Shown here one piece after another: positions 9,322 through 19,363 of a DNA stretch of 64,000 nucleotides (position 1 is the first letter of the stretch; every line of letters begins with the position of its first letter). Location: the IMG/VR virus record IMGVR_UViG_3300028920_000022, positions 394,730 through 458,729 of that record; one strand, 5' to 3'. The position numbers were made by a program, and so were the translations under genes. Under the pieces are notes generated by a model that had not been told where the DNA came from, did not search any database, and saw only the letters and a program-made list of their open reading frames with translations.

Positions 9322-9497
9322 AAACCGGTGATTTTGTTGTTGTGGGGAAGGGGAATGAGGTCGAATTGCTGCGAATTTCGGGTGGAAAAATATACGTTTT
9401 AGGCAAACTGGTTAATACCCAAAAACAACAAACTGAGGCATTGGCATTTATGTTGGCGTCGCCTATGTTTCAACCCAACGAATATGAACCAAGTTGA
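9318..9497 (+). CDS. Hypothetical protein
   Basis: TTG start overlapping the ARH stop. Confidence 0.5.
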   Translation: MKTGDFVVVGKGNEVELLRISGGKIYVLGKLVNTQKQQTEALAFMLASPMFQPNEYEPS

Positions 9498-10191
9498 GAC
9501 CCTTAAAAGAATTCACCAAAGCAGGGGAGCCAATGGGTTTCTGGTAGATCTATATGGCGATTCTACGCCGGTTCCGTATGGGTGTGAAGCAAAACACCCA
9601 TTAAATGCCACTTTGGCAGTTCACATGTTGGCACAAACAAGAATACCCGTATATGTGGTTTCTTATGAAGGACAATTGCCCCACAAGAAAAAGAATTTTC
9701 TTGTACGATACGGGTCTTCGAGGATTAACGGATCTTTATCGCCAGAATCCTGGGAATCATTAATAACGTGCGCTAATTCGTATAATCTAGTTGTTGCAGG
9801 AGTATTGGACAAATGTGAGCTTGAACTTTTAAGGAACTGGGATCATTTTACCTTGATTGCCGATGCGTTTCTATTTCAGGACTATATGAAGTCAGAAATA
9901 GAGGCTATGTATCAGGAAAACATGGACCTTACCCAATCTTATGAAAAAGAGGTATGGGAAGGTCGTCCTAAACAGGATGACACAATAAAAGACTTAGATA
10001 TTACTTACAAAGAATTGGAGTGGGCATATACCAACAACCAGCGCACGCATATTTTAGACGGTGGTGATCCTGCAAAAAATGACAAGTGGTTTAAGTACAC
10101 TGGAAGGCAGAAAAAGGTGCTGTCTAAGGTGTACAATATAGAAAGATCTACACGTTATAAAAAGCCATATTTGTATGACCAAAAAGTATGA
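9484..10191 (+). CDS. Hypothetical protein
   Basis: Long ORF in operon. Confidence 0.6.
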   Translation: MNQVETLKRIHQSRGANGFLVDLYGDSTPVPYGCEAKHPLNATLAVHMLAQTRIPVYVVSYEGQLPHKKKNFLVRYGSSRINGSLSPESWESLITCANSYNLVVAGVLDKCELELLRNWDHFTLIADAFLFQDYMKSEIEAMYQENMDLTQSYEKEVWEGRPKQDDTIKDLDITYKELEWAYTNNQRTHILDGGDPAKNDKWFKYTGRQKKVLSKVYNIERSTRYKKPYLYDQKV

Positions 10192-12169
10192 AAAACGCCG
10201 TTATCAAGAGAGAACGGTTGAAGCGTTTAAACAGTGGTTTCCCAGTGATGAGAAGCTGGCTACTATTATATTACCCACAGGCGCAGGAAAAAGTTTTGTT
10301 ACAGCGTTGTGTTTGTCCAACGTCCCAGATAAAAAAATTCTTTGGGTAGCACACAGAGAAGAATTAATCAGTCAAGCACAGGACACGTTAGAAGAGGTTA
10401 TTGAAAATCGTATTATAGACCGGGAAATGGCGGAGTATAAAGCTTCGTATCAAGCGGATATTATTGTAGGTTCTGTACAAACGCTTGCCAGAAAGCGTAA
10501 ACATTTGGATAAATTTATTCCAGACATTATCGTTGTAGATGAATACCATCATCGTTCGGAAAAAAACGTTACATACCAGGGTTTATTAGAAAGATTCCCG
10601 GAAGCTAAAGTTGTAGGACTTACAGCCACCCCATGGAGATTTTCTGGGGACCCACTTCCTTTAGGTGAAGTCCTATTTGATATGGACATTGGTACCGCCG
10701 TTGCTCATGGCTATTTAGTACCACCAAAACCAGAAGTTCTTAAATCAAACACTAGCCTAGCAAACGTTAAAACTAGAATGGGCGATTTTGCTATTAAGGA
10801 TTTATCTAACGCTGTAAATAATGAGAAAAGAAACCTTTTAATTGCTAAAAAAGTTTTAGAATACATTAAAGATGATAAAAGGCAAGGTATATTGTTTGGC
10901 GTTGATGTTGCCCACGCCCATACGATGTATGAGCTTTTAAAGAATGATTGTAGGGCAATTGAAATATACGGAGACACTGATAAAGATGAACGTCGTTACA
11001 ACATGGAAAAGTTACGTAATGGTGATGTTGACATCCTGATCAATAATCTTTGCGGGACCGAGGGGTTTGATGTTCCTCATCTTTCCTTTGCTGCAATTGC
11101 AAGACCAACCAGATCTCTAGGTTTATATATTCAAATGGCTGGTCGTGTATTAAGAACCTCTCCAAACAAAACTGATGCTATAATACTAGACATCTTTGAT
11201 AAAATTAAGGTAAAACAGTCGCGAGCAACGTTTGTTGATATGGCAGCAGAGGGAGATTTATATGGGGAAAGAAAACGTGCCACTAGCTTGCTAGATGCAG
11301 AACTGGATGTTAAAAAGGTATCAAAAGGTTCTAGACCCGGCAAAGATGATGGCAAATATGCTAAAACGCTTGAACACTTTCCCGTGTTTATGCTTAAAAA
11401 TGAAAACGATCGTTGGACGGCAGATGATGATTTTTTGCCCGTGACTTCTTGGGCTATTGCTACAGATCAGAGAATTGTTACTTGGACCGAAGAAGAGTTT
11501 GACCAAGATCTCCTAACCAAAGAAAAATATTCAGCATTCCTACGAAAACCCACACCATCCCAATGTAGGGAAAGAACGATAATAGTAAAACATGATAGGT
11601 TCGGAAAAGGTACAATTATAGACGACGGTATTGGAATTGAAGTAAGAGTTGAATTTCCTGCCACCGGTTGGAGACCAGAAAGACGCCTTTACATTCCTAT
11701 TCATGACCTAAAACAACACGGTATAGTAAAGGAAATCAATCCTAATCCTAAAAAACGAAAAGTAGATAAGCTGTTCTATTTCTGTTTTCCTTCCGGAGCA
11801 GCACAGGGAAGAGTTATCGAAATGACCCGGGATAAATGGGAACTTATTGTTGACTCGGATCAAAAAATGACCCTGGATGAAGCAAAATTCTTTATTGTCA
11901 AAAAAGCCAAAGACGCCGGAGTATTACCGCTGGTACGTTCTGATGCTTATTGGAAAAAAGCTACCGCCAGCGATAAACAAAAGGATTTATTAAAGAATTG
12001 GATAAAAGGCGGCAAGGTTGGTTTTGACCTTGATACCTCTGATGTAAGTAAAGGTGAGGCATCTGCAGTAATTGATCAGTTAAAGTGGCAAACATTGATT
12101 AATAGAAAGTTTGGAACCAAATCTAAAGAGAAACTGTTAGGTTACGACAGATCTGCTGAAGATGTATAG
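10175..12169 (+). CDS. Superfamily 2 DEXH helicase (ResIII/Irc3-like) with C-terminal extension
   Basis: LPTGAGKS, VDEYHH, GLTATP, GFDVP, RPTRS.GLYIQMAGR. Confidence 0.92.
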   Translation: MTKKYEKRRYQERTVEAFKQWFPSDEKLATIILPTGAGKSFVTALCLSNVPDKKILWVAHREELISQAQDTLEEVIENRIIDREMAEYKASYQADIIVGSVQTLARKRKHLDKFIPDIIVVDEYHHRSEKNVTYQGLLERFPEAKVVGLTATPWRFSGDPLPLGEVLFDMDIGTAVAHGYLVPPKPEVLKSNTSLANVKTRMGDFAIKDLSNAVNNEKRNLLIAKKVLEYIKDDKRQGILFGVDVAHAHTMYELLKNDCRAIEIYGDTDKDERRYNMEKLRNGDVDILINNLCGTEGFDVPHLSFAAIARPTRSLGLYIQMAGRVLRTSPNKTDAIILDIFDKIKVKQSRATFVDMAAEGDLYGERKRATSLLDAELDVKKVSKGSRPGKDDGKYAKTLEHFPVFMLKNENDRWTADDDFLPVTSWAIATDQRIVTWTEEEFDQDLLTKEKYSAFLRKPTPSQCRERTIIVKHDRFGKGTIIDDGIGIEVRVEFPATGWRPERRLYIPIHDLKQHGIVKEINPNPKKRKVDKLFYFCFPSGAAQGRVIEMTRDKWELIVDSDQKMTLDEAKFFIVKKAKDAGVLPLVRSDAYWKKATASDKQKDLLKNWIKGGKVGFDLDTSDVSKGEASAVIDQLKWQTLINRKFGTKSKEKLLGYDRSAEDV

Positions 12170-12189
12170 TATTATCTTCCCATATTAAT

Positions 12190-12771
12190 ATGGGACTAAA
12201 AAATCTGTTTTTGTTAGCAGGTTTGCTTGTATGTTGTTCCTCAAAACCATCTTTACCGGTAAAAGATACTACATCGCCGGTAGTTGTAGAAAAAACTTCT
12301 TTTGCCAAAACTGATACTCTTGAGGAATCGGTTACTGGTGCAGTTTCTTCTATAAACTCAGCACAGTCGGTAATAGATTCATTATCTGCACAGTCAGCGG
12401 GGATAAACTGGAATGCGTTCGATTTAAACGAAGTAATGGATGTTATACATTCTGGCGGAATGGTGTTTGCATATTTCTATATGAAAGACTGTCAGGCATG
12501 TAATAAAACAGAGAAAGAGATTTTTTCCGATGAAGAAATAATTTCTCTGATAAACGATCATACTTATCCAGTAAAAGCCGATGTTATTGAACGAACGGAT
12601 TTGATACCGATTTATTCTGAAAAAGGAAGAGTTGTAACTCCAACTTTTATTATCATTCTTCCTAACGGAGTAGCAGTTAAAATAATGGGTTATGTCGAGC
12701 CAGAAAAGTTCAAATACCTTCTTCAGAAAATCATCAGCGTGAAAGAAGGATGGATCGTAGTAAAGCGCTAA
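12190..12771 (+). CDS. Exported thioredoxin-fold protein
   Basis: Signal/lipobox-like N-terminus; YMKDCQAC CxxC; TPTFIII. Confidence 0.75.
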   Translation: MGLKNLFLLAGLLVCCSSKPSLPVKDTTSPVVVEKTSFAKTDTLEESVTGAVSSINSAQSVIDSLSAQSAGINWNAFDLNEVMDVIHSGGMVFAYFYMKDCQACNKTEKEIFSDEEIISLINDHTYPVKADVIERTDLIPIYSEKGRVVTPTFIIILPNGVAVKIMGYVEPEKFKYLLQKIISVKEGWIVVKR

Positions 12772-13370
12772 CCAACGTTCAAGCATATCTGCCTAATGAC
12801 TCCGAAATCAATGACATAATAGAATTGTGTGATTTGGAGCCGGTTGGAGATTCTTGGCGTTTGTGGACCGATAATGGCGGCTATACGCTTATTATTAAAA
12901 ACGACAAAAATGTTATTGCTAAAAAAGATAACCCTACAGATAGACAGAATATTAAAATAAAAGATATTCACTTCAAGTCTACCGCAAAACAAATTTCAAA
13001 TAATAGCAAATGGGCAATGCTGTCTGTTGCTAAAAATACAGAAGATCCCAATGTAAATATGTGTTATATTTGGTTTTTGGGAAAAGATAACAAGTTGAGA
13101 TTATTATGTTTTTTAAGAAATGAATGGGTCGAGAATCAAATGCCACTCAGTTCAGGTATTGGTTCTTTGAGAACTGTGGTACAAAATATCGAAATTGACG
13201 ATTATAAAGTAATTTCAGGATCTCGATATATAAAAGGTACGTACTCAGGAAATGTGCTAAAATCCTGGGCAACTAGGTGGCCACCCTCAAACCGTGTGAC
13301 GTTAGATATGCTGTTGACAAATAGGACGCTTTTGCATAGAATCCTGACTGACTGTGGGGTACTCTCCTAA
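12750..13370 (+). CDS. Hypothetical protein
   Basis: ORF in operon. Confidence 0.6.
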   Translation: MDRSKALTNVQAYLPNDSEINDIIELCDLEPVGDSWRLWTDNGGYTLIIKNDKNVIAKKDNPTDRQNIKIKDIHFKSTAKQISNNSKWAMLSVAKNTEDPNVNMCYIWFLGKDNKLRLLCFLRNEWVENQMPLSSGIGSLRTVVQNIEIDDYKVISGSRYIKGTYSGNVLKSWATRWPPSNRVTLDMLLTNRTLLHRILTDCGVLS

Positions 13371-13597
13371 TGGCTGGCGACAAGATGGAATTCGTAGGGG
13401 TGGTAGAAAAAGCCCTGGGAAATGGCAACTTTCGGGTCAATGCCGAAGGTGTGTCCGTACCATTAAAATGTACGCTATCTGGTAAAATTCGTAAAAATAC
13501 AATTCGAATTATCGAAGGTGATAGCGTTAGAATAGAAGTTTCTCCATATGATATTTCTCGTGGAGTAATAGTTTACCGACTGAAATCGAAAGGTTGA
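13370..13597 (+). CDS. infA: Translation initiation factor IF-1
   Basis: GVVEKALGNGNFRV...SGKIRKNTIRIIEGDSVRIEVSPYDISRGVIVYR. Confidence 0.95.
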   Translation: MAGDKMEFVGVVEKALGNGNFRVNAEGVSVPLKCTLSGKIRKNTIRIIEGDSVRIEVSPYDISRGVIVYRLKSKG

Positions 13598-14079
13598 TCA
13601 TGGAATATAATAATCCATTCATGTTAGGCAAAATTAAAGAGGTAAAAGGTTGTGCATCTTTACCTCACACTTCAGATAGCCGCACTATTATAACAATAAA
13701 CAATATGTCCGGCGAATATGAAAGTGTCGCTGGAAACGTTCCTATAGCAAAAGTATATCCCAGAGCCAAGGATGAATATCGTAAATGGTGGAGAAACCAA
13801 CAGGGATTTAAGTTGGGAGAAATTTTAACCACCCAGGTTCAAAGTGATACAGAAATTGCAAACGTCTTAATTTGTGTCACAGATGAAGACGGTGACGATA
13901 GCTTAGAAGAAACAGCAGTAAAAGCTGCATTAAATAAATTAGGACAACATTGTTCTTATAATAAGCTAAACGCACATATCAACAAGTTGCCAAACGATGA
14001 TGCATGGAAAATTGTTGAAGACGGACTCAAAGAATACTTGGTAAAACGTGGAGTAAATGTAACCGTATATTCGGAGTGA
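13594..14079 (+). CDS. Degenerate macrodomain (Poa1p/TARG1-like), probably catalytically dead
   Basis: IKEVKG..., YRKWW...FKLG...QV..D..IAN, VNVTVY match the fold; G-x-G and IGxGLAGG loops absent. Confidence 0.6.
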   Translation: MIMEYNNPFMLGKIKEVKGCASLPHTSDSRTIITINNMSGEYESVAGNVPIAKVYPRAKDEYRKWWRNQQGFKLGEILTTQVQSDTEIANVLICVTDEDGDDSLEETAVKAALNKLGQHCSYNKLNAHINKLPNDDAWKIVEDGLKEYLVKRGVNVTVYSE

Positions 14080-14084
14080 TTTAG

Positions 14085-14453
14085 ATGCTATCTGAAATTC
14101 GTACCATGACCGGTGTTTATTCCGGTTCAATTAAGCCGCAATCTGGAATGGCGGTTTCTGTTGGTGTTGTTAGCCACAAGATGCACTTTATACCGAAAGA
14201 CAAAGCGCATCCTTTGGTGGGATACGTTGACAGAACGTGGTCAAATGGTAAGGAAATTTGGATAGTGGTGGTGTTAGCTTATCATACGTTTGTAACCACC
14301 GCTTATGATAAAAAAGCAAAATACCCACTAAACGCTAATTTGTTTATCAACGATGAGTGTTTGTTGACAACCGCTCGTCCAAGTGAAGATTCTGAGCCAT
14401 ATGGTGTGGTTATTAATTACGACAGTGGCGATCTAACATTTGTGCAAACATGA
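14085..14453 (+). CDS. Hypothetical beta-rich protein
   Basis: ORF in operon. Confidence 0.6.
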   Translation: MLSEIRTMTGVYSGSIKPQSGMAVSVGVVSHKMHFIPKDKAHPLVGYVDRTWSNGKEIWIVVVLAYHTFVTTAYDKKAKYPLNANLFINDECLLTTARPSEDSEPYGVVINYDSGDLTFVQT

Positions 14454-14481
14454 CTCAATTAAGAAGTTTTAGTGAGGATCC

Positions 14482-14991
14482 GTGATCTATTGCATTCTCA
14501 CTACTGGCGGATATGTTGAGTCTGCCCAGATAGCCACAATTATGTGGTGTACGGATCCTAGTTTGGTTATTCCGGCTCAGGCTGAAACAGCCGAAGATGC
14601 CTTAAAAAGCCTTGCAAACGATCTTCTAATGGAATATTTGGAAGAATGGATGAGAGATCATTTTGAGCCGGAAGAGTTTAGTGCCTGGGTTTATGACTTG
14701 GTTAAGATGGATTCTTGTAACGATGGTTTTCGTAGGTATGGAAAAGCAGCTGCTCCGGGACCGGACCATTGGTGGCCATATGTAAATTTGTCGACTTTTA
14801 GATCTTTTGATGTTGACCAAATATTGAATATACCTGAGAATTTTGAGATACTAGCAACGATGGCAATAGACCCATTACTTATCAAGGACAAAGAGGGAAG
14901 AAAACATCTTATTCAATATCAAAAAGAATATGACGTAACCTATAAACAGGACGAGGACGGATATTGGGTGGCGGAGTTGGAGTATAAATAA
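14482..14991 (+). CDS. Hypothetical protein
   Basis: GAGGA SD before GTG. Confidence 0.6.
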   Translation: MIYCILTTGGYVESAQIATIMWCTDPSLVIPAQAETAEDALKSLANDLLMEYLEEWMRDHFEPEEFSAWVYDLVKMDSCNDGFRRYGKAAAPGPDHWWPYVNLSTFRSFDVDQILNIPENFEILATMAIDPLLIKDKEGRKHLIQYQKEYDVTYKQDEDGYWVAELEYK

Positions 14992-15305
14992 TGTCAGGCA
15001 ACAAATTTGTACGCAAAATTTATGTGGATATTTGCAGAAATGATCCGGTAGATATCAGGTGTGGTGGTGCTCCGGTTTTGGGTTTTGACTATACTGTAGA
15101 CGCAGCATTACACAAAGAAGCGCTGAAAACCATTAAAGAAGAATTAGAACGCCAAGGTGTTAAGCCTATGGGAATACACTCTACTGGTAGGTATAAAGTT
15201 TTGGCTAGCAAAAAAACTTGGACTTTGTTGGGAATTAAACGCAATATAAGAAAAGAGTTCAAAGATTGGCTTTTAAGCGAATATAAAAGAGGCTCTTATG
15301 TTTGA
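14991..15305 (+). CDS. Hypothetical protein
   Basis: TAATG coupling. Confidence 0.6.
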   Translation: MSGNKFVRKIYVDICRNDPVDIRCGGAPVLGFDYTVDAALHKEALKTIKEELERQGVKPMGIHSTGRYKVLASKKTWTLLGIKRNIRKEFKDWLLSEYKRGSYV

Positions 15306-15543
15306 TTGGCTAAAACGTTTGCGCCATAAACACAAATGGGTAGCCACTCATCCAGGAATTCGGTGTGAGTTTTGTGATTTAGATTTATCTAAATCTTTGT
15401 TTCCCACTGGTCCGCATGGAATGGATACGCAAATTACCAATTATCATATTGAAAAAGGTTTATTTACACACAGGGTACGGTTTGGGATTTTTATTGTAAA
15501 TTACATGTTTCCCAAATGTCCCGGAAAAAAAGAAAAACTATGA
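15298..15543 (+). CDS. Hypothetical protein with CxxC
   Basis: GAGG SD; overlap coupling. Confidence 0.55.
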   Translation: MFDWLKRLRHKHKWVATHPGIRCEFCDLDLSKSLFPTGPHGMDTQITNYHIEKGLFTHRVRFGIFIVNYMFPKCPGKKEKL

Positions 15544-15836
15544 GCACCCAGGGTATTGACGCATATACTATAGGTTGTGCTGAAAGTTATAGCCAAGGTT
15601 TGTGTCAAGAAAAAACTTTACGCAAATTGGGTAGAACTGATAATTATGATGGTGGCGCAGTTTTTAGGAGCAAAGAAAGTGCCCAGAAATTCATTGACGA
15701 CAACAACTACAAATGGTATGCTGTTTTTGGACTAACGCTTCCAAATGGTTGGGAAACAGATGTAGACGAATCTAAAGAAAAAGAAGAGGGTTTTTGTCGT
15801 CTGCTGAATAATGCTAAAATTGTGAGTTTAAAATGA
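15540..15836 (+). CDS. Hypothetical phage protein
   Basis: ATGA overlap at 15540. Confidence 0.6.
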   Translation: MSTQGIDAYTIGCAESYSQGLCQEKTLRKLGRTDNYDGGAVFRSKESAQKFIDDNNYKWYAVFGLTLPNGWETDVDESKEKEEGFCRLLNNAKIVSLK

Positions 15837-16282
15837 TAGTCAAACTAGGAATGGGACCAACCTCTATATTGCTTGATCAGTATCCGGAACAGCTAGTGGT
15901 TTCCATCTGTATCCGAGCCGACTGGGAACGTGAAGAAAAGGTCGGAGATGCTACGGACTGTGGAGAAGAGGGCATCTGGTATCGAGATCCTGACTTCTCC
16001 GAGGCGGGCAGTACAATCATTAAGCTAAAGCCTTTCCTGACAGAAGACGATCAGCATTTCTACGACATACAACTTCCGTCCTTGGCTAAGCTGCATACTC
16101 TTAGCCAACACCGTTTTTTGGTCAAGTACTGGGATATGGACGTGTACCTTCCGGCGCTTAGGACTGCGAGGTTTTCAGTAGTAGAAGGTGTTGATGAAGA
16201 TAACCAATCTTTTTGGGAACTTAGAGAGATCGGTATAACACTGACGGGATTTTCTTTGCAAACGAAGAACGCTGCGGAGTAA
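15833..16282 (+). CDS. Hypothetical protein
   Basis: ATGA overlap. Confidence 0.6.
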   Translation: MIVKLGMGPTSILLDQYPEQLVVSICIRADWEREEKVGDATDCGEEGIWYRDPDFSEAGSTIIKLKPFLTEDDQHFYDIQLPSLAKLHTLSQHRFLVKYWDMDVYLPALRTARFSVVEGVDEDNQSFWELREIGITLTGFSLQTKNAAE

Positions 16283-16394
16283 AATTGACTCAAACACTTT
16301 TGATCTGTCTTTTCTGTGGGTTGCACAACTACTGTGTGGATAACCCAGGATGTACAATAGTTGGCGAAACTGACGAATTAAGCGAGGACGAATA

Positions 16395-17072
16395 ATGACT
16401 AAAATAGAACTAGCTCAAACTATAGAACATACCATATTGAAAGCTGGCGCTACAGAAAGAGAAGTGCGCAAGGTTCTCAATGAGGTAGAAGAGTTTGGTT
16501 TTTGGGGCGCCTGTGTAAACCCTATTTATGTAAAATTAGCTAGAAAAGTACTATCAGAACATTTTCATGTTATTACTGTGGTGAATTTCCCACTCGGAGC
16601 GTCTACTCTTTTTTCAGTTTGTGAGGATATGGCAAAAGCCTTTGATCATGGGGCTGACGAAATAGATATTGTAGCGCCACTTAATTTAGCTAAAGAACAT
16701 AAATGGGATGCGCTTGGTGGATTTTTTGATTTAATACGAGATAAATTTATATTATCTAATAACTTAAAAGTTATTTTAGAAACAGGATTATTCACTCACA
16801 ACGAACTATATGATTTAGTGGATGCTGTTTCTCCCATAGGTTTTTTAAAAACTTCTACAGGTTTTGGTCCAAGAGGAGCGTCGGTCACTGACATACAGTT
16901 TTTGTCAAATGTACTGAAAAGAAGAGAAAACTACACAAATACTAAAATTAAAGCATCTGGTGGTATAAAGAACACCGAACAAGCCATTTCAATGATAGAA
17001 GCCGGAGCTTCTAGAATTGGAACATCTAGCGGAGTAGAGATTATTCGAGGTTTAGATGACAAAAATACTTAA
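16395..17072 (+). CDS. deoC: Deoxyribose-phosphate aldolase
   Basis: TVVNFPLG, GADEIDIV, LKVILET, FLKTSTGF, IKASGGI, GASRIGTS. Confidence 0.95.
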   Translation: MTKIELAQTIEHTILKAGATEREVRKVLNEVEEFGFWGACVNPIYVKLARKVLSEHFHVITVVNFPLGASTLFSVCEDMAKAFDHGADEIDIVAPLNLAKEHKWDALGGFFDLIRDKFILSNNLKVILETGLFTHNELYDLVDAVSPIGFLKTSTGFGPRGASVTDIQFLSNVLKRRENYTNTKIKASGGIKNTEQAISMIEAGASRIGTSSGVEIIRGLDDKNT

Positions 17073-17286
17073 AAACATGGCGCAATGCAAACTGTGTGGT
17101 GATATAATAGAATCTACACATGTGTACGATTTTAAGTTTTGCAAATGTGGCGCTATTTTTGTAGATGGTGGTAAAGAATATTTGCGTCGAGGTGGTAAAG
17201 ATTTGAACTTAATTATAGAATTGAGCGTTAAAGAAGGTGAAAACAATATCATAACCGTAGGAGAACACAAATGTCTGATTCAGTAG
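17056..17286 (+). CDS. Small phage zinc-binding protein
   Basis: CKLCGDIIES.HVYDFKFCKCGAIFVDGG.EYLRR. Confidence 0.65.
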   Translation: MTKILKNMAQCKLCGDIIESTHVYDFKFCKCGAIFVDGGKEYLRRGGKDLNLIIELSVKEGENNIITVGEHKCLIQ

Positions 17287-17943
17287 TAATAGAAATTAGA
17301 GCTGCCGAAGGTGGCAAAGATGCACAACTTCTAGTAGAAGATCAGCTTAGGGCTTATACCAAAGCTGCGGAGCGGGAGTGTCTTTGACGCTACTCTGTTA
17401 GAACATAGACAGGCATTTGTTTCTGTATTATTTGAGGGAAAAGGGGCAAATAATTTATTCAAAAATGAGGCGGGAGGACATCGGTTTCAACGAGTCTCTC
17501 CCACCGAAAAACGAGGGCGTGTCCATACCTCTACCATTACCGTAGCAGTATTGGACGCCGATACCAAGCCTCAGTTCGAGCTTGACGAACGTGATGTAGA
17601 AATCATTACATCACGTGGCAGCGGACCGGGCGGTCAACACAGAAATATGACAGATAGCTGTGTTGTAGCTAAACACATACCAACTGGTATATCTGCTAAG
17701 ATCGATTATAGATCTCAGTCACAAAGTAAACAGCTGGCGCTCAAAATTCTTGCCTCTCGTGTGGAGAATATACAGCAAGAACAATGGGCAAATGACCGAG
17801 ATAAAAAGAGGAAACGACAGGTGGGTCGTGGACAACGTGGAGATAAGCGGAGAACGTATCGGGAACGGGACGATCAAATTGTTGATCATGTAACCGGCAA
17901 GAAATGGAAGTTTAGTCGTTGGATGCGAGGGATTTGGTCCTAA
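17271..17943 (+). CDS. Short class-I peptide chain release factor (223 aa, lacks domain 1) made by +1 programmed frameshift
   Basis: AGGAG SD + ATG 17271; frame 0 IEIRAAEGG..A (38 codons) to CTT TGA C; +1 frame gives EAGGHRFQRVSPTEKRGRVHTS, GPGGQHRN, RTY motifs. Confidence 0.9.
17374..17388 (+). promoter_or_regulatory. RF2-type +1 frameshift cassette
   Basis: GGGAG-TGT-CTT-TGA-C matches the prfB pattern (internal SD, 3 nt, CUU UGA C). Confidence 0.88.
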
Positions 17944-18638
17944 ACCCCAGGTTGTCTAAGAAAGTTTAGCTTTCCTTCGTGGGAAACAATTTTTGCCAAA
18001 TCTTTGTCCTGCAATATGTTGGATAAATCAACCATTTCCCATGTGCCACTATCATGAAGCCTTAAAGTACATTTGGGATTGACTAACCTTAATACCTGAC
18101 TGGCGTCCCGGTGTACATCGTTATGTGCAAAACCGGGAGATTGCCAACATTTTAACCCACGGGTAACGGCATTGTATCTGGCTGTGGGATGAACCCAGCC
18201 ATAGTTACAAGCTGTGTGGATGCCGTATTTTCCTTGCCCCAAACGGTTGCTGAGAACCCAGCTTTTTCCAATAGTAGAAATTAGTTTTCCGGCACTATCT
18301 TTATCTAATTTTTTATCAATAGCAGCGCTGTAATCTTCAGAAGACGCTAATGCGGTTATTTTTCCGTTTATTTGGGTTATTGGAGAAATACTAACCTCAG
18401 CATCAATAGAAATTAGATCCTCTATTTTTGGAGTGGTCATCATTAAACCAAGAGCATCAGCTAATTCTTGGGTTTCAATTGCTGTAACCATAAATCTGAT
18501 CCCATCGATTTTGGCGGCATCAGAAAATACCTCAAAACATAACTCATCTCCATCTTCACCTACAGCCGTGATTGACGAAAATGTGTATTTTATCTTGCCG
18601 TTATCCAGAGCGTTTTTGATATAGTCTCTCATTTTCAA
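17940..18638 (-). CDS. Hypothetical protein in the cell-wall enzyme cluster
   Basis: Long ORF convergent with the RF gene. Confidence 0.65.
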   Translation of the reverse strand: MKMRDYIKNALDNGKIKYTFSSITAVGEDGDELCFEVFSDAAKIDGIRFMVTAIETQELADALGLMMTTPKIEDLISIDAEVSISPITQINGKITALASSEDYSAAIDKKLDKDSAGKLISTIGKSWVLSNRLGQGKYGIHTACNYGWVHPTARYNAVTRGLKCWQSPGFAHNDVHRDASQVLRLVNPKCTLRLHDSGTWEMVDLSNILQDKDLAKIVSHEGKLNFLRQPGV

Positions 18639-19363
18639 TACCCCAATCTGTGCATGGAATCTACGATTTCTTCGATTTCTTTCATATCGATTCCAGCTGT
18701 ATCTATTTTACCACGCTTTAAGTGGTAATGGTTAACCAATCCTGTGTATTTTTCTGGTTCACTTAACACTGTAGTTATATAATTACCGTTTTTATCTCTA
18801 GGAAATTTTGAAGGTATTTTGGGGAACAGTTCTGTATATCCCCAAATCAAAGCCTTCAGCGAATTCATTTGAGCTTTTGTAGGCAAAAATACCTTCAGTT
18901 TGGTGCCATGTATTGGGGCTGTTACTGTATCATGGTCTGGTACATCATATTTTTTGCGATTAGTTTTCGAGTATAAATTTGGGTGTGACCATTTCTGTGG
19001 CATGTAGGAAATTTCTACACCAGCACCTAAAGCATTAAATTTTCCACCTTGACTCCACCCACCGTGTTGTATGGGCAAACACTGGTAAATTGTAGCATAT
19101 CCGCTTTCATCTTTATCGTCATCGATCATGAAGTTGCAGGACAACCCTCGGGCAATTAGTCCGCTTTCCATATGTTTGGCACGATACGTTACAGACCAAT
19201 GGACAGTAAACTGGGTCAATATATTAGATAGTTGATCAAAGCTTATGTCTCTTTTTGTATAACGATTATGTGGAAGGAAATTTATTCCTTCTTTTTCATC
19301 CCACAGGATTACACGGCAGCCAATATTGAAAGTTTTGTCGCAGGCAACTATACTAGTGTTCAT
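18635..19363 (-). CDS. N-acetylmuramoyl-L-alanine amidase (Amidase_2-like endolysin)
   Basis: FTVHWS, LSCNFMID, N..GAGVEI, T.AQM.SL..LI, LVNHYH...KID. Confidence 0.8.
   Translation of the reverse strand: MNTSIVACDKTFNIGCRVILWDEKEGINFLPHNRYTKRDISFDQLSNILTQFTVHWSVTYRAKHMESGLIARGLSCNFMIDDDKDESGYATIYQCLPIQHGGWSQGGKFNALGAGVEISYMPQKWSHPNLYSKTNRKKYDVPDHDTVTAPIHGTKLKVFLPTKAQMNSLKALIWGYTELFPKIPSKFPRDKNGNYITTVLSEPEKYTGLVNHYHLKRGKIDTAGIDMKEIEEIVDSMHRLGY

Noticed and set aside
367-16343. DnaA boxes (TTATCCACA at 367; TGTGGATAA near 16335) as a replication origin
   Set aside because: Isolated single boxes, one inside a CDS; expected by chance.
17551-17943. Track ORF as a stand-alone ArfB/RF fragment
   Set aside because: RF homology continues upstream in frame to 17386 and joins the 17271 ORF via the frameshift cassette.
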